Of a stretch of DNA of 64,000 bases, positions 24,374 through 37,729 are shown piece by piece. How positions within the stretch are numbered: position 1 is the stretch's first letter; each line of letters starts with the position of its first letter. The notes under the pieces were generated by a model that worked only from the letters and a program-made list of their open reading frames with translations, searched no databases and was not told where the DNA came from. A program made the translations under genes and the position numbers. Origin of the DNA: Octopus bimaculoides. Its lineage: Eukaryota. The DNA is taken from the NCBI RefSeq assembly GCF_001194135.2, contig NC_068988.1, positions 34,704,633 through 34,768,632 on the forward strand. Direction: 5' to 3'.

Positions 24374-24419
24374 TATGTCTGTATGTGTGTGTGTATATAT
24401 GCCTACCTATATATAAAGG

Positions 24420-24850
24420 TATTGCTGTATGGGTAGGAAGGGCAGTTTGGAACTATGAGGTTTTGTGTTTGTTTTCATTGTGTGGGCAGTTTTGGCTGAT
24501 GTCTTCTACTATAATTGTGGGTTGACCAATGTCTTGTGGATGAAATATAGTTGACAGAAATTAGAAGTCACCCATCATGTGTGTAGGTGTGCACATGTGT
24601 GCATGTACATGGATGAGTTTGTATTCCCCTTGTCTTGACTTGTGCACACCCGCTGCATACAAAAGTCCTTGTTCATGCAAACATTGTCATTTGTTTATAT
24701 TCCTTTATGAAATCATGGTAGAGGTGTTTGTAATTTGATAGACTAGAAAAAAAATAACTTGCTTGGAAAAGGTGAGGGTCAGTCACAGGAAGATCATCTG
24801 ACTATTGAAAATTCTACCAGTTTCATCTGATCTGTTCAGCCTGGGAGAAG
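24420..24850 (+). mobile_element. SINE family A2, degenerate
   Basis: A-type head (GTCTTCTACTATA...GGTTGACCAATGTCTTGTG) and a tail GTGAGGGTCAGTCACAGGAAG...TCATCTGA. Confidence 0.6.
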
Positions 24851-26527
24851 AGATACTGAAAAAGCTTGTGTGTGTGTGTGTATACACACACATACATATT
24901 CACACACACTTTTTTTCATACTGGCATGTGCTGGACAGATATTTACTTAAGGTAGTACTTTATGTCCATCCAGGCATCCTTCTTGTTGCCTTATTTTAAT
25001 TTTTTTCTCTAGTCAGAAATTTTTTATTTTATCTCACTAGACTTTGAAAGTGCAGAATAACAGGAAATGCAAGCGTGTCATCACTGTTTTGCTGTTCAGA
25101 TCAACTTGTGAAAATTCAGAAATGTCAGCATTCATGCATGCATCCCATTCCACCCCACTCACGCATGGGGGTCTGCCAGAAGCCAATAGGCTTATTAGGT
25201 TGGATTTTATCTCAATTTCCATGGGTTACAACACTCCATTTCCAAGGTTACAACACTCTTTAAAAGAATGCTAATCTGTCAAAAGTCTAACACTTAACTG
25301 TTACCTGTCATTTTCAGCAATGTGCCCTTCTCAGGTTGGGGAACAAAACTGCAACTTTACAACTTTGAGTGTAGTGCCCTAAACATTGAGCTGCACACTT
25401 TCACTATGCTCAAGCATGTGCATGTGCACACACATATATGCACCCCCCCCCCCCACATACACACAGAAGATGGGTTTGCATACAGATAGTTTCCTTCTAC
25501 TGGTTCCATTCACAAAGCATTACTCAGCCTCATGCTACAATAGAAGTCACTTATCCAAGGTGACATGCAGTAGGATTGAACCTGAAACTGCATGGTTACA
25601 AAGCAAACTCTGTATTTATGTAGTTAACCCATGAGGATTTATAATCAGGCACTCGACTCCTTATTTTCCTGTAGTTTTAAAATGTGTGAGAGATAATAAT
25701 TGTATAAATGCATTGCACACATGAATATACATGTATTTATATAACTTGCTATTTGTGTGTGTGTGTGTATATAATTTATTAAAAATGAATCTAAATTATT
25801 TCTACTGTGCATATAGCATTATATTTTTTATATTCTGTAAACATATGACATTTCTCTGTGGGAAAATTGTATGTTTCTATAAACATATTTATGTATCTTT
25901 TGAAATAATGGATGAGAGGAATATGAGCTTTATGTGATTATGTATTTCTACTCATAATATGTACCCATATATATAAATATATGTATGCATACCTACATAA
26001 CTATGCAAATGCTTGTATAGTATGAACACAGATTTACATTGACAGATATTTTATTATTATTCTTAAACACACACACACACAAACACATATCAGTGTATGT
26101 TATGTTTATGCACAATGTGGTTAAATGAGGAATAATTTTTTTTCAAGAAATAAAGAAAACTGTTAGACAGAAGAGATTTTGATAAATTGTAGATGATTCT
26201 TGCAAAGACTGTAATTAAGGGACCTTTCACATCAAGATATGTTTTGCTTCCATCTCCCTGAGACAATCTGGTGCCAGTGCTAACGTTAAGATAGCTGAAA
26301 AACAAACTCTTTTGCTATTTGTTTATTGCTATAAAGAATACTCAGAATATTTTGCATTTACTCTAAAAGGAACACCCCATATCCCAATTTCATTTTTCTG
26401 TAAACATTAAACAGTTTAAATTTGTCAAGTGTTATCCTTCAGAAAATAGCAATAATATAAGAAAATTATCATTATTATTACTGTCGTTGTTATTGTCATC
26501 GTTGTTAATATTGTTAATAATATATTC

Positions 26528-26970
26528 CTTGGGTTGTAAGCTGGCAGAATCATTTGCGTGTTGGACAAAATGCTTTGTAGCATTTCTTCCAGCTCTTTAT
26601 GCCCTGAGTTCAAATTCCACTGAGGTTGACTTTGTCTTTCATCCTTATGGAGTCAATAAAATATGTACCAGTCAAGTACTGAGGTCAATGTTATTGCTTA
26701 AACCCCTCTCCCAAAATTTCAGGCCTTGTACCTAGAGTAGAAAAAATTATTATTATTATTATTATTAAGATAGCAAATTAGCAGAACTGTTAGCACACCA
26801 GGTGAAATGCTTTGCAGCATCTTGTCTGTCCTAATATCCTGAGTTCAAATTGCTTTACATCCATTTGGGTTGATAAATTAAATACCAGTTGAGCACTAGG
26901 GTTGCTGTAATCGACTAGTCCCTTCCTTGCAAATTTCAGGCCTTGTGCCTTTAGTAGAAAGGAGTTAAGA
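26528..26970 (+). mobile_element. Two head-to-tail SINE family B copies joined by (ATT)n
   Basis: Each runs (CTG/TTA)GCAGAA...CTGAGTTCAAATT...AAATTTCAGGCCTTGT...AGTAGAAA; spacer ATTATTATTATTATTATTAAG at about 26747-26768. Confidence 0.85.
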
Positions 26971-27262
26971 AGTGAAACAGAGACAAGCAGAAGCAAAAAA
27001 AAAAAATGCCGCTGTTACTTGAATACTATACAAATATATCTTTAAAAAAACTTTTCTTTTAAATTTACCAAAATTTAATTTTTCAATAATTTTTCAAATA
27101 TCTATTATTCATATTTACTGTTGAAAAGATCTCAAGGATCGAAACTGGTTCTGTAATGTTCTTTATAAAAGTATTTTAGCATTTTCTACTTTGTCTTTTT
27201 TCCATATATATCTACTCGTGTGTTCCTCTTCAACCTTTTACACACACACACACACACACACA

Positions 27263-27924
27263 NNNNNNNNNNNNNNNNNNNNNNNNNNNNNNNNNNNNNN
27301 NNNNNNNNNNNNNNNNNNNNNNNNNNNNNNNNNNNNNNNNNNNNNNNNNNNNNNNNNNNNNNNNNNNNNNNNNNNNNNNNNNNNNNNNNNNNNNNNNNNN
27401 NNNNNNNNNNNNNNNNNNNNNNNNNNNNNNNNNNNNNNNNNNNNNNNNNNNNNNNNNNNNNNNNNNNNNNNNNNNNNNNNNNNNNNNNNNNNNNNNNNNN
27501 NNNNNNNNNNNNNNNNNNNNNNNNNNNNNNNNNNNNNNNNNNNNNNNNNNNNNNNNNNNNNNNNNNNNNNNNNNNNNNNNNNNNNNNNNNNNNNNNNNNN
27601 NNNNNNNNNNNNNNNNNNNNNNNNNNNNNNNNNNNNNNNNNNNNNNNNNNNNNNNNNNNNNNNNNNNNNNNNNNNNNNNNNNNNNNNNNNNNNNNNNNNN
27701 NNNNNNNNNNNNNNNNNNNNNNNNNNNNNNNNNNNNNNNNNNNNNNNNNNNNNNNNNNNNNNNNNNNNNNNNNNNNNNNNNNNNNNNNNNNNNNNNNNNN
27801 NNNNNNNNNNNNNNNNNNNNNNNNNNNNNNNNNNNNNNNNNNNNNNNNNNNNNNNNNNNNNNNNNNNNNNNNNNNNNNNNNNNNNNNNNNNNNNNNNNNN
27901 NNNNNNNNNNNNNNNNNNNNNNNA
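27263..27924. other. Assembly gap
   Basis: Run of N after (CA)n. Confidence 1.
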
Positions 27925-28474
27925 TGCAAAGAGCCATAAATATATCAAACAAAAAACAAACACTATCTGTCATTGACTAATTAACAAACTCACCCAACTC
28001 TGGATATATTTCAGCTTTATTAAACCTCTTTAGCTAAGCATAAACTTCACTCTACTTGCTAAAGTAGTCATGAGAGACTCACTGTGCAAATGTATAATAC
28101 ATATTTGTAAGCATCAAAAAGTAGAAATATTCAGGAATTTTTTTTGTTGGATGTTTGGACAGTACTCAGAATAGAATAGACTAGAATGTAAATTCTAAAA
28201 TAGAAATGTATTTATTTTTCTATGTTGATACAAGCCTCAGTATTTTAGTTGCAAACATCAAAGTATGAGGGGAGTCTTTTTTTTTCTTTCCTTCTTTTAC
28301 TCCAATGCCTGTTGCAAGACTGAAACCATAGTCTTTTTTTAAAAGTTCTTCAACAAGCTCTAACTAAAATAGACCTCAACTACACACTATTCTGTTGTTA
28401 TACAAATCCAGAAATAGTCTCTCTCTCTCTCTCTCTCTCTTTTGTCCCATTAATCCAGTGTGTGCATGTGTACA

Positions 28475-28540
<66 letters not shown>

Positions 28541-30530
28541 NNNNNNNNNNNNNNNNNNNNNNNCCACACACACACGTATTCACATACATCATAAGAAGAA
28601 CAGTATTTCTGGCAGTGGTTTGTGTACTGTGTTCAAATGTGGGTTGAGGTTGTGGGCATGGGGGTTCCAATAGAATTTTTCTGATTAATCAATGTCCACT
28701 CCTCTGTTATCTTACTTCCCATATCTGTATTGCTCATTCTCTCCCACCTTTCTCTCTCCTCATGAGTTGTGGATCCCCCCTTCCCATTATCTCACTCTTA
28801 TTTGCATCCTGCTCTCAGTTTTTCTCTTTCTAAGCTGCTGTCTGTATATTTGTCTGTCCTTCTCTAACCTCCCTCACACACACACACACACACACACTGG
28901 CTGTTTTCTGCCTTCTTTGATTTCCTTCCCCCTCTCTCTCTCTTTCTCTTCCTCTCTATCACTACTGAGGGAAGTAGAGGCTCTCATTCTATCACTTCTA
29001 ATTTTTTTCATCTTCAGTTTATGGGAAATGAGCACATCTAGTTTTCTGATTTATACTTCCAAATTCAGATACTGATTTGACTTTCTATTATTACTGTGAT
29101 AATGCTAGTGCATTGGAAAAATCATTAGAACTTTAGACAAAATATCTTGAGGTATTTCTTCCTTACCTTAAGTTCTATGTTCAAATTTAACTGAGGTTAA
29201 CTTTACTTTTCCTTCCTCTGAGGATGATAATGTGCAAGTCCTGTAGTGTTGACGAAGACATTGAATAACACCATTTTCCTTTCATTGTTCTGGGGTTGAT
29301 AAAGAACCAGGCTATGATAGTGAATTGGAGAAATTACTAATATGTGGAATTAGATACTTTGTGGCACTTGCTCCAGCTCTTTGTGTACTGAGTTTAGACT
29401 TTACCTTGGAGCCTAAAAAGCCCACTCACCAATCCAGTATAGTATGTAAGACAAATCTTCAAAACATGCCAACACCATACAGATGCTGCTGGATCTAGTC
29501 AAAAAGTACATATGTATGTGTGTGGGGGTGGGGTCTTCCAGCTGGATCAACAAGTAACCTGATAATCATCCGAGACATAATATGAATTTATATGATACCA
29601 GAAAACAAAAAGTAAGTAAATAAGCAAATTTTGTAATTCCCTTCGGCTACTTTGTTTCTCTTTTCTCTTTCAATATGTGGTTATTTTTTATTTAACCTCA
29701 TGTTAGCCAGTATACATTCAATCAAATTATCAAATGTTTATTGTATGTTTATGACAATGTTATCCACTATGCTCTTTCATAGCTGGGTATGGATTGAGGG
29801 AAATTTTGTTGCTACATTTAGCAGGCTGAACAGGTATCAGCAATATGCAAAAGTTCCCTTTCTTGATCAAGTTGAACTTTCCTTATTGGCTCACTGCTGG
29901 CTTTTGTTTATGAATGGGCTTTTTTTATGGTGAAAGACTGTAATGGCTTTTAGTTCACAGTTGTGCCTATTATAAAAAAAAAAAAAAAAGAAATGAAGAC
30001 AGGTCCTGAAGAGCAATCAAAGAAGATCAATGGTTCCTATGTTATTGCTGGCATTGCATAATGGCAAGCAAGGATCAAGAAACTTTGTTCTCTATCATGA
30101 AGACCACTCAACTGTGAAGCAGGTACTGTCAGTGTGGTTACAGTTCATTACCCCAAACTATAGCTACATTGTAGAAATAATACATTGGCTTGCACTTCTG
30201 AGACTGTTAATCTTGGGGTGAGGTGTGGAATTGAGATTTATCTTTCATCTGATTATCACTGCAGAAACTTGCCACTTGCATGGATCCATATGACGATACA
30301 CAGATCCATGAACTAAACATAGCTCTTGTTAGCTGGCACCTACTTGACAGTCAGCCATGGAAGGACTCACACAGAAGTGGCTTTCTATTAGGCCAAAGCA
30401 TGATGTATCTTGCAAGTGTGCTCAATCTGTGGAACGCTCCCCTGTGCATTTAATTGGTCACCTCCGTGCCAAAGGTTTGCTTACTTGAGTAATTTCCTGC
30501 AGCTACTTCAAATGTAACTTCCAGCAATAC

Positions 30531-30567
<37 letters not shown>

Positions 30568-33131
30568 TGCAAGAATCACTTCCTAAAATTACATAAATAA
30601 CAACCACCACAGTAATAAGGGTAATAATCTTCATCATTGCCATCGTCAACATCATGGCCTTCATCACACTATCACCATCATAGTTATTAGCATAGTCATC
30701 ATAAACATTTTAATATCGCTTATCTGTACCATATTCACAATCACCACCAATAGTAATAACTACCGTTACTATCATCATTAGCATGACCCTTGGTATTTTA
30801 ATAACCAGCTATCAAAAGTAGAATCACCATCATCATCGTCTTTGCTTTTATAAAAGCGAAAATTAATTTTCTCTGTCTATTGTCTGAGGTACAACCTGCT
30901 AGCAATAGAAAGGTGCACTTTTACAGTTGTTTTTTTGTACAAAAATAGTTTCTTCATGTATGTAAAGCTAATTTCACATTTGTATTGCACATTCAGATAA
31001 CCTTGTTTCATCTGTGGGACAGCAAAAGGGTGGGGGTAAAAAAAGAGGGACAGAAAGAGAAAGAGAGATGAGAGAGATAGAGAGAGAGAATGGGCGAGAT
31101 AGAGAACGAAAAAAATATAGAGATAGATTTGTTTGGGACGTAGAGATTAAAAGTGGTAGAAATAGAGTTCAGAGTAAAGGTGAAGACTATGAATGTGATG
31201 GTTTATAAAAGAAAGGAGAGTGAAATATGGTGAGAGAGAGAGAGTAATAAACAGAAAGAAAGAGAAATAGAGAGAATGAGTGAGAGCAATGAGGATTAGT
31301 GTAAGTTGAAGGAATAAAGGAGGCAAAGTGTGAGAGAGAATGTAGGCTGGAGAGAGAGAGCAGTTTTAAGGTATATGAATATTGAAGGTAGAGTAAGAGG
31401 TATATTGGGTATGGTGTGCGTGTGTATTGGTAGGGTGGAAGTAAAGAAAGGAGAGCCTGAAATTTATATGTAACCTTGTTGCATTGTGACTGTAGAAGAT
31501 GGAGATAAAGAACAGGAATTTTGCTGTTAGACTGAACATATAATAATAATCACAACCATTGTTAATATTAATAGATATATTTATTGCTCTTGTTTTGTTG
31601 TTGTTATTCTTTGTGTAGTTGTTTTTGGAACTTTTTTTTTACATATAAATAGTTTTGACAGTGTTGTTGTTGTCCTCTTTTTTTTTCTGTGTTGTTGCTG
31701 TTGTTGTTGTTATGATGTTGTCTCCCTTGTTAGCTCTTTAAAGAGGTTGTTGTTTGCCTTGAATAGACACGGTATACATAGTAGTGAACATTATAGATTG
31801 CTTATGCGTTCATTGGAGAATGTTATAAGCTGATTTAGGACAGATGCCGTTGTTAGCCAGAGCAAAAGTAGTTTTAATATGCTTGCTGCAGAGATTGTTC
31901 TGAATATAAGTTGCGGTTGAGGGAAGAGGCTTTTCGTTTTGGTAAAGCTGAAGTAATTGTACATTTTTGTTGAAGTAGAAAAAGTTCATTGGTAGAATGT
32001 TATAAGCGGGTTTGAGAAAGAAAAGAAAAAAAAAAATGTCTTTGATGTATTATTTGGTTCTAAGAAAAAAGAAGCAAAAAAAAAAATGAAATACTGAATT
32101 CTGAGGAGTCTGTTGGAAGCTGATTAAACAAGTCTCTTCTAGTAAGCAAGATTAGATGTAGTATTGGTTTGGAGTAGACAATGTTATGGATTCTGGTAAA
32201 TATTGTTAGAAGTTGGTTGCCCAATTGAATGTTGTTGCAAAGGCTGGAAGTGAAGTAGCTGGGTCTTTTTAGTGTAAGTGGAGTATCTTTATGAGGTTAG
32301 GGATATGATGTCACAAAGTGTTTGGAGCTGTTTCACTAACCTGATGTTTTAACCCAAACAAAGGATTCTTTAAAGAAGGATCAAGCCACTAAAAAAAAGC
32401 AGTCAAGTTACATTCCTCAAGCCGCATCCTACTCATCATCATCATTTTTGTTTTCACATCAACTTTTTCATGCGTGCTTGGATGAGTTAGACGAAATTTG
32501 TTGGGGCAGATTTTTTTGTACATCTGGATACTCTTCATGCCAACAACCCAACAACCTTTACCCATTTCCAAGTGAGCTATATTTTCCTTTGTCCTTCAAT
32601 CATGAACAGATTAGTGGACAGATGCAATTTCACAGAAGATTTCAAATGAATGTTACCTTGTGTGACTGAATTTTGTTGATAACTCTCATGTGCATATGTT
32701 AAGACAAGGAAATATGCACACATACACCTACATTCATGCTCACCTACATATCCATCCATCCATCTATCTTCCTATCTATCTCTCTATCTAATGGGATTCT
32801 TCCAGTCTCTATATTCCAAATCTTTTCTCAAAACCCTTCTGTATCTAAATAAAAAGGGAGGTTATATTGAATCATTGACATAGTTCTATAGAACTTGTGA
32901 GATAAGATGGTACTGCTTTGGCTGGAATGCATTTGATTTTATGTTTTGTTTGTAAGTATTGGCCTTGGGCTAAATAATAACTTTGAATGTTTTGGGGTCT
33001 GTGAAGAATGAAGGACTTGGTTGAGCAATTTTATTTGACTGGGTAAAGGTTAGTATTCTGGCAGGGGTTAAGCATGTTGTAATTTTACTGGTCACTTTGT
33101 TGTTGTTACATAAAATACAACACCAGTTTAA

Positions 33132-33305
33132 CCCTTTTGATACCAACTTGCTTGCCAAAAACCACTTTTGCTATAAATTTATTTTCTATCAAAGCTTCAT
33201 GTTAGTTTATGTTCCAATAATTGGTAATGGTAAAAGTTATTTTACTAAATTCTTCTTTATTTTCAAAATTGAAATGAAAACAAATATATATTTCCGTTGA
33301 AATCC
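33132..33305 (-). mobile_element. TTAA-flanked MITE family F, partial
   Basis: TTAA|CCCTTTTGATACCA terminus; the body is reverse-complement similar to 45581, 59121 and 60306. Confidence 0.6.
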
Positions 33306-34184
33306 ATGAATGTAAGGATTGGAACAAATAAAACTACAAATGTTTCATGACAAAGAGATGTGTCGTACATAAAAAGCATTGCTTTGTTATGTAAACAATT
33401 TATTGGTAATAGGACCTGAAAATTAGCTAAGCTGGTTTTATGTAAGAAGTATCACTTTGCTATGAAATGTTTGTAGTCTGTATTTTCCCTGTTCCATTCC
33501 TTATTTTCTTAGATTTTTATTTGTATTTTTAACAAATTTGGTTGCTAAACTGTGAGTTGTATGGTGACTGTCAGCTAATTAAAATTTCTATTAATTTCAA
33601 CATGTGATGAAGTGTGTAACCTACTAATGTTAATAAGCTCATTGTATTTCATATTGTCCACCTTTTGTCATTTGTGCTAGCCGCATAAATGCTTGAAGCT
33701 TACTAACTTCCTTCACTTGGGATGTAAATTCATTTCAGGCAATGGTAGTGGTGGTGCTAATGATGGGAGTTGTGATAATAGTGTTGTTTTTGCTGTTTAG
33801 CCATTGCATGGTATTGCATGGATTGTACAGAATTTTACCTATTACTATTTCCGTTCAGATATATATATAAGGTAATGAAGGGGTTAAACAAACTTTTTGT
33901 CTTCTTAAGTGAGTTTGTCTTTTATAAACTGTTGCAGCTTTTCAGGTTCTCGATGGATGGAATCCTATTGGATTGAATTAGCCATCTTGTAAGATCTATG
34001 CTTTGATTGTGTGGGCAGCATAGTCCCACAATATTCAACCGTTCAAGGAGGAACAGCAGGAGAAAGAAATAAACCTCTGACTGCTTCCAGCATTCTCTTT
34101 TTTTAAACTTGCATGAAATACACACAATGTCAATTCATTTCAGGCATTGATGACGGTGGTGGTGGTGGTGGAAGTTGTGGCAAT

Positions 34185-34550
34185 AGTGTTGGTTTCGTTG
34201 TTTAGCCATGGGTTTATCTGTCGTCATCATCATCATAATACCCACTTTTCCATGCTTGCATGGATTGTACAAAATTTTGTTGAGGCAGATTTTTCTCTGG
34301 CTTGATGCCCTTCCTGTTGCCACCCCTCATCTGTTTCTAAGTAAGATAATATTTCCCCAAGACTGGACATGTTTTCACAGAATATAGGAAACAAAGTATA
34401 CCAGTCGCATTGCAGTGTTATTCATTTACAACTGTCACATGATGTCAAGGCCAGGAGACAAGACACTTGCCCAAAATGTCATGCAGTGGGATTGAACCCA
34501 GAACCATGTGGTTGGCATGCAAACTTCTTATCACACAACCACACCTGTAC
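34185..34550 (-). mobile_element. SINE family A2
   Basis: CATCATCAT...CTTTTCCATGCTTGCATGG tail and CAGTGGGATTGAACCCAGAACCATGTGGTTGG head. Confidence 0.8.
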
Positions 34551-34968
34551 TTATAAATGATCAAATACATGATCAGAGATTCCAGTCCTTGCTATTCCAA
34601 CTATTTTTGTCTCTAACAGTTACTGCTTTGTTCATCGTATTCTTCTTTACTTGAAAGGGTATGGTGTAATTTTTGAGAGAAATTTGACACCAATTTTTAA
34701 CAATTGAAATGAGTGCATCCAAGACCCTCCACCACCACTATTGGCTTATTGTTATACTTACTTTCAAGACAATTCTAGTTGAACAGATTTATCAATATTG
34801 GCAGTCAATTATGCTTTTCATCCTTTTAGGGTTCATAAAAAATGTACCCATTCAGGGTAGTGGATTGCAACTATAAGAACATTGGACTGCATGCCTTATG
34901 ATATTTACTCTAGCAGTTTGCATCAAAAGGTCACATCCCACCATGGTCTATTTAGAAAGTAGCCTTAA

Positions 34969-35189
34969 CGCTTTAATATTTAAACTGGCCACATCCAGCT
35001 CAAGTGTTCTATCTGTTCTATGTTCAAACCAACCAGTTTCAGTTTCTTAGACCAACCCTACAATGCCATTTTAAAAATAAACAGTCACATCATCGAAATC
35101 TTGAAGTTATGAGATAGTGCATGATTTAATTCAAAACAATGTGAATAAATAAGTATCACATTTGATGGAGTAATCTGAATGCTAAAAGG
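34969..35189. mobile_element. TTAA-flanked MITE family E (piggyBac-like termini)
   Basis: TTAA at 34965-34968 and 35190-35193; imperfect TIRs C(G/C)TTTA(A/G)(T/C)ATT. Confidence 0.7.
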
Positions 35190-35387
35190 TTAATCTGTTA
35201 CTAAGTTGAACAGAACTATGGCACTGTAGGTGCCTTGAGCCAAGTCTTACCCACTGGTCTTCACAGCAATGAAGAAGTTATAGGTTTTGCCTTCTTTCTC
35301 AGTAAAAGTTGAAAGATCAAATATCAAAACAAAAAAATCTGTGACCAATCTGAGAGTACCTCTAGGCAATTGTTGAACCTTTTAGAA

Positions 35388-35588
35388 TGGTGGTTCTCAA
35401 CAGCAGGTTCCCAGAGCTGCATGCAGTGCTCAAGCATCCTTTCAACAGCCTTTAACAGTGTTCCCTCTATAAATGTAATAATTTTTTCTTTAATTGACTC
35501 ATGTTTTTACTTCTTTTGATGCAGCCTCCTAAAAAAAAACCTCAGGTTTTGGATCAGATCTGGATATTAAAAAGGTTGAGAACCACTG
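35388..35588. mobile_element. hAT (Charlie-like) MITE, 201 bp
   Basis: TIRs TGGTGGTTCTCAAC and GTTGAGAACCACTG. The 8-bp flanks TTTTAGAA and CTTTAGAA match at 7 of 8 positions and resemble the nTCTAGAn Charlie target. Confidence 0.85.
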
Positions 35589-36580
35589 CTTTAGAAACTA
35601 GTTAAATATCTTATGACTCAAACCCTACTGTTTCAGGGAATCCAAAATAAGAATTTGTCATCTGATCTGTATTGATTACCAATATGGGTGTAGTTCTAAA
35701 AACCTGTGCCCCACAGTAAATGCTACAGATCTTGATGCTTCATATATCATTAACTCATTTAAATACCTGACATCACCTCTGTATTTTGTTATTCTCAAAG
35801 CATTTCTTTTTTTTTTATTTCTTTCATACCACATCTTTGCAATCAGCTGTGTCACTTTTTCTGTTGTGTGTCTACCTCTGGATTTGGTATGAATGCCCAC
35901 ACTGCAAGCTTCTTTGTGTGAAGGCAATTTGTGTTATTTCTGTGACTTATAATTAGATTAATCAAATTATATTATTATTTTTTATCATGCAAATATAGAT
36001 GAATATTTGGGAATGAAAATCAAAAAGTAAAACAAAAAGAAATAGTAAAGAACTTGAAAAAAATTATATTGAACAGAACCAGAAAACAAAGAAAAATAAA
36101 TAAAATAACTGAAAGAAAAAGGGATAATTAACAAAATAAAAACCAAAAGAAATGTAAAATGAGGCAGAAAAGACAAAAAAAAAACAAAAACAAAAAAACA
36201 TTGATCTGACATTAAATGTAAAGTTTATTGATCTCCAAGTTTGCAAGAGACAAATCTATTGGTAAAAAAAAAGACAACAGTAGCAGCAGCAACAAGAATT
36301 AAAAATAGCAATAATAATAATAACAGTAATATCTTTGACAACAACAAAAACTACTACTACTACTACTACTTGAAAGAATGTGCATAGAATTTCTGCTGTG
36401 GCAAGGTATTCTTTCATTATGGTACAGTATAGGTAATGGTGGTGGTGGTAGTAGTAGTAGTAGTAATGGAAACATGTTGGCAGCTTTTGTTGATCCACTG
36501 TTGCAGAAACTGTAAAGAAACACAGGACTAACTGTGATTATGCAGAGAAACAGTAATGACAAGGAAACCTTTTGTATGCA

Positions 36581-36621
<41 letters not shown>

Positions 36622-37155
36622 GAATATGTATCTGTATTTATGTATTATGTGTATTGATCTTTGGTTCCGTTTCTGTATTTGTGTGGATGTGTGCCTTTTT
36701 GTATAAATTTTTGTGTCTGCTTCTGTACATGCGATATTGGTAGTGTGAGTGTGTATGCGAGTGTGTGTATATCATTGTGAGATGTTTGCTTAAAGTTCTA
36801 TGTATGTATATGACTGTATACCTTCTTTCATGGATTTTTGTGTATGACTTTCGCTGCTGATTCTGTTAATGTTGTGGTGTGTGTGTGTATTGATGTTTGG
36901 TTATGATTGTCTATGTGTGTGTTTGTGTGTTGTTGTATGCTTTTTTGTAATTTTTTGTGTATAGTTTTATGTATGCGATATTAATATTGTATGTATGCGT
37001 TAGTGAGTCAGTATATGTTAATGTGTCATTATCTGCACAAACGTGTGTTTGTGTGCAGTTAGGATTGGTTGTTATTAGCAAACAGGTATGTAAATATTAT
37101 GCATATTCATGCATATGCTTTTAGTATATAAAATGTGTATGTGGGGATATATATA

Positions 37156-37190
<35 letters not shown>

Positions 37191-37234
37191 GTTGACTTAT
37201 GCAAGTAAATGTGTAGAATATGTATGTTGTTTAA

Positions 37235-37402
37235 TCCTTTAGCATTCAGATTGCTGTGTCAGATGTAATGCTTATTTATTCTCATTGTTTTGAATTAATC
37301 ATGCATTATTTCATAGCTTTGGAGGGGTTGGATCCAGCCAGTTTGATCATAAAATAAGATAAAATATTAGGGCCAGATATGACCAGTTTAAATGCTAAAA
37401 GG
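37235..37402. mobile_element. MITE family E, inverted relative to 34969-35189
   Basis: TTAA|TCCTTTAGCATTCAGA ... TTTAAATGCTAAAAGG|TGAA. Confidence 0.7.
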
Positions 37403-37729
37403 TGAACTGAAGGGTGTCCCTTATAAAGCAACCTATGTGGATGTTGAATCAAAGGTTAACTCTGATTGAGCACAGCTATGTCATTTTTTGACCCTAGGTT
37501 AGCATTGGTGGAGTAGACCTATCTCTTTCTTTAAAACCATGGTTAGTACTGATTCAACAGACCTGTGTCTTTGTTTAACCTGTTTAAGTGGATGTATCTG
37601 TTTGTACAATCCAAGATTATCCCTTATTCATCAGACCTATTATCATAGTTTATCCCAATGTTAGGCCTCTTTTTCTAATTCACCAAAGCTATGTCCTTGT
37701 TTAATTGAAGGTTAATCCTGATTCTTCAG

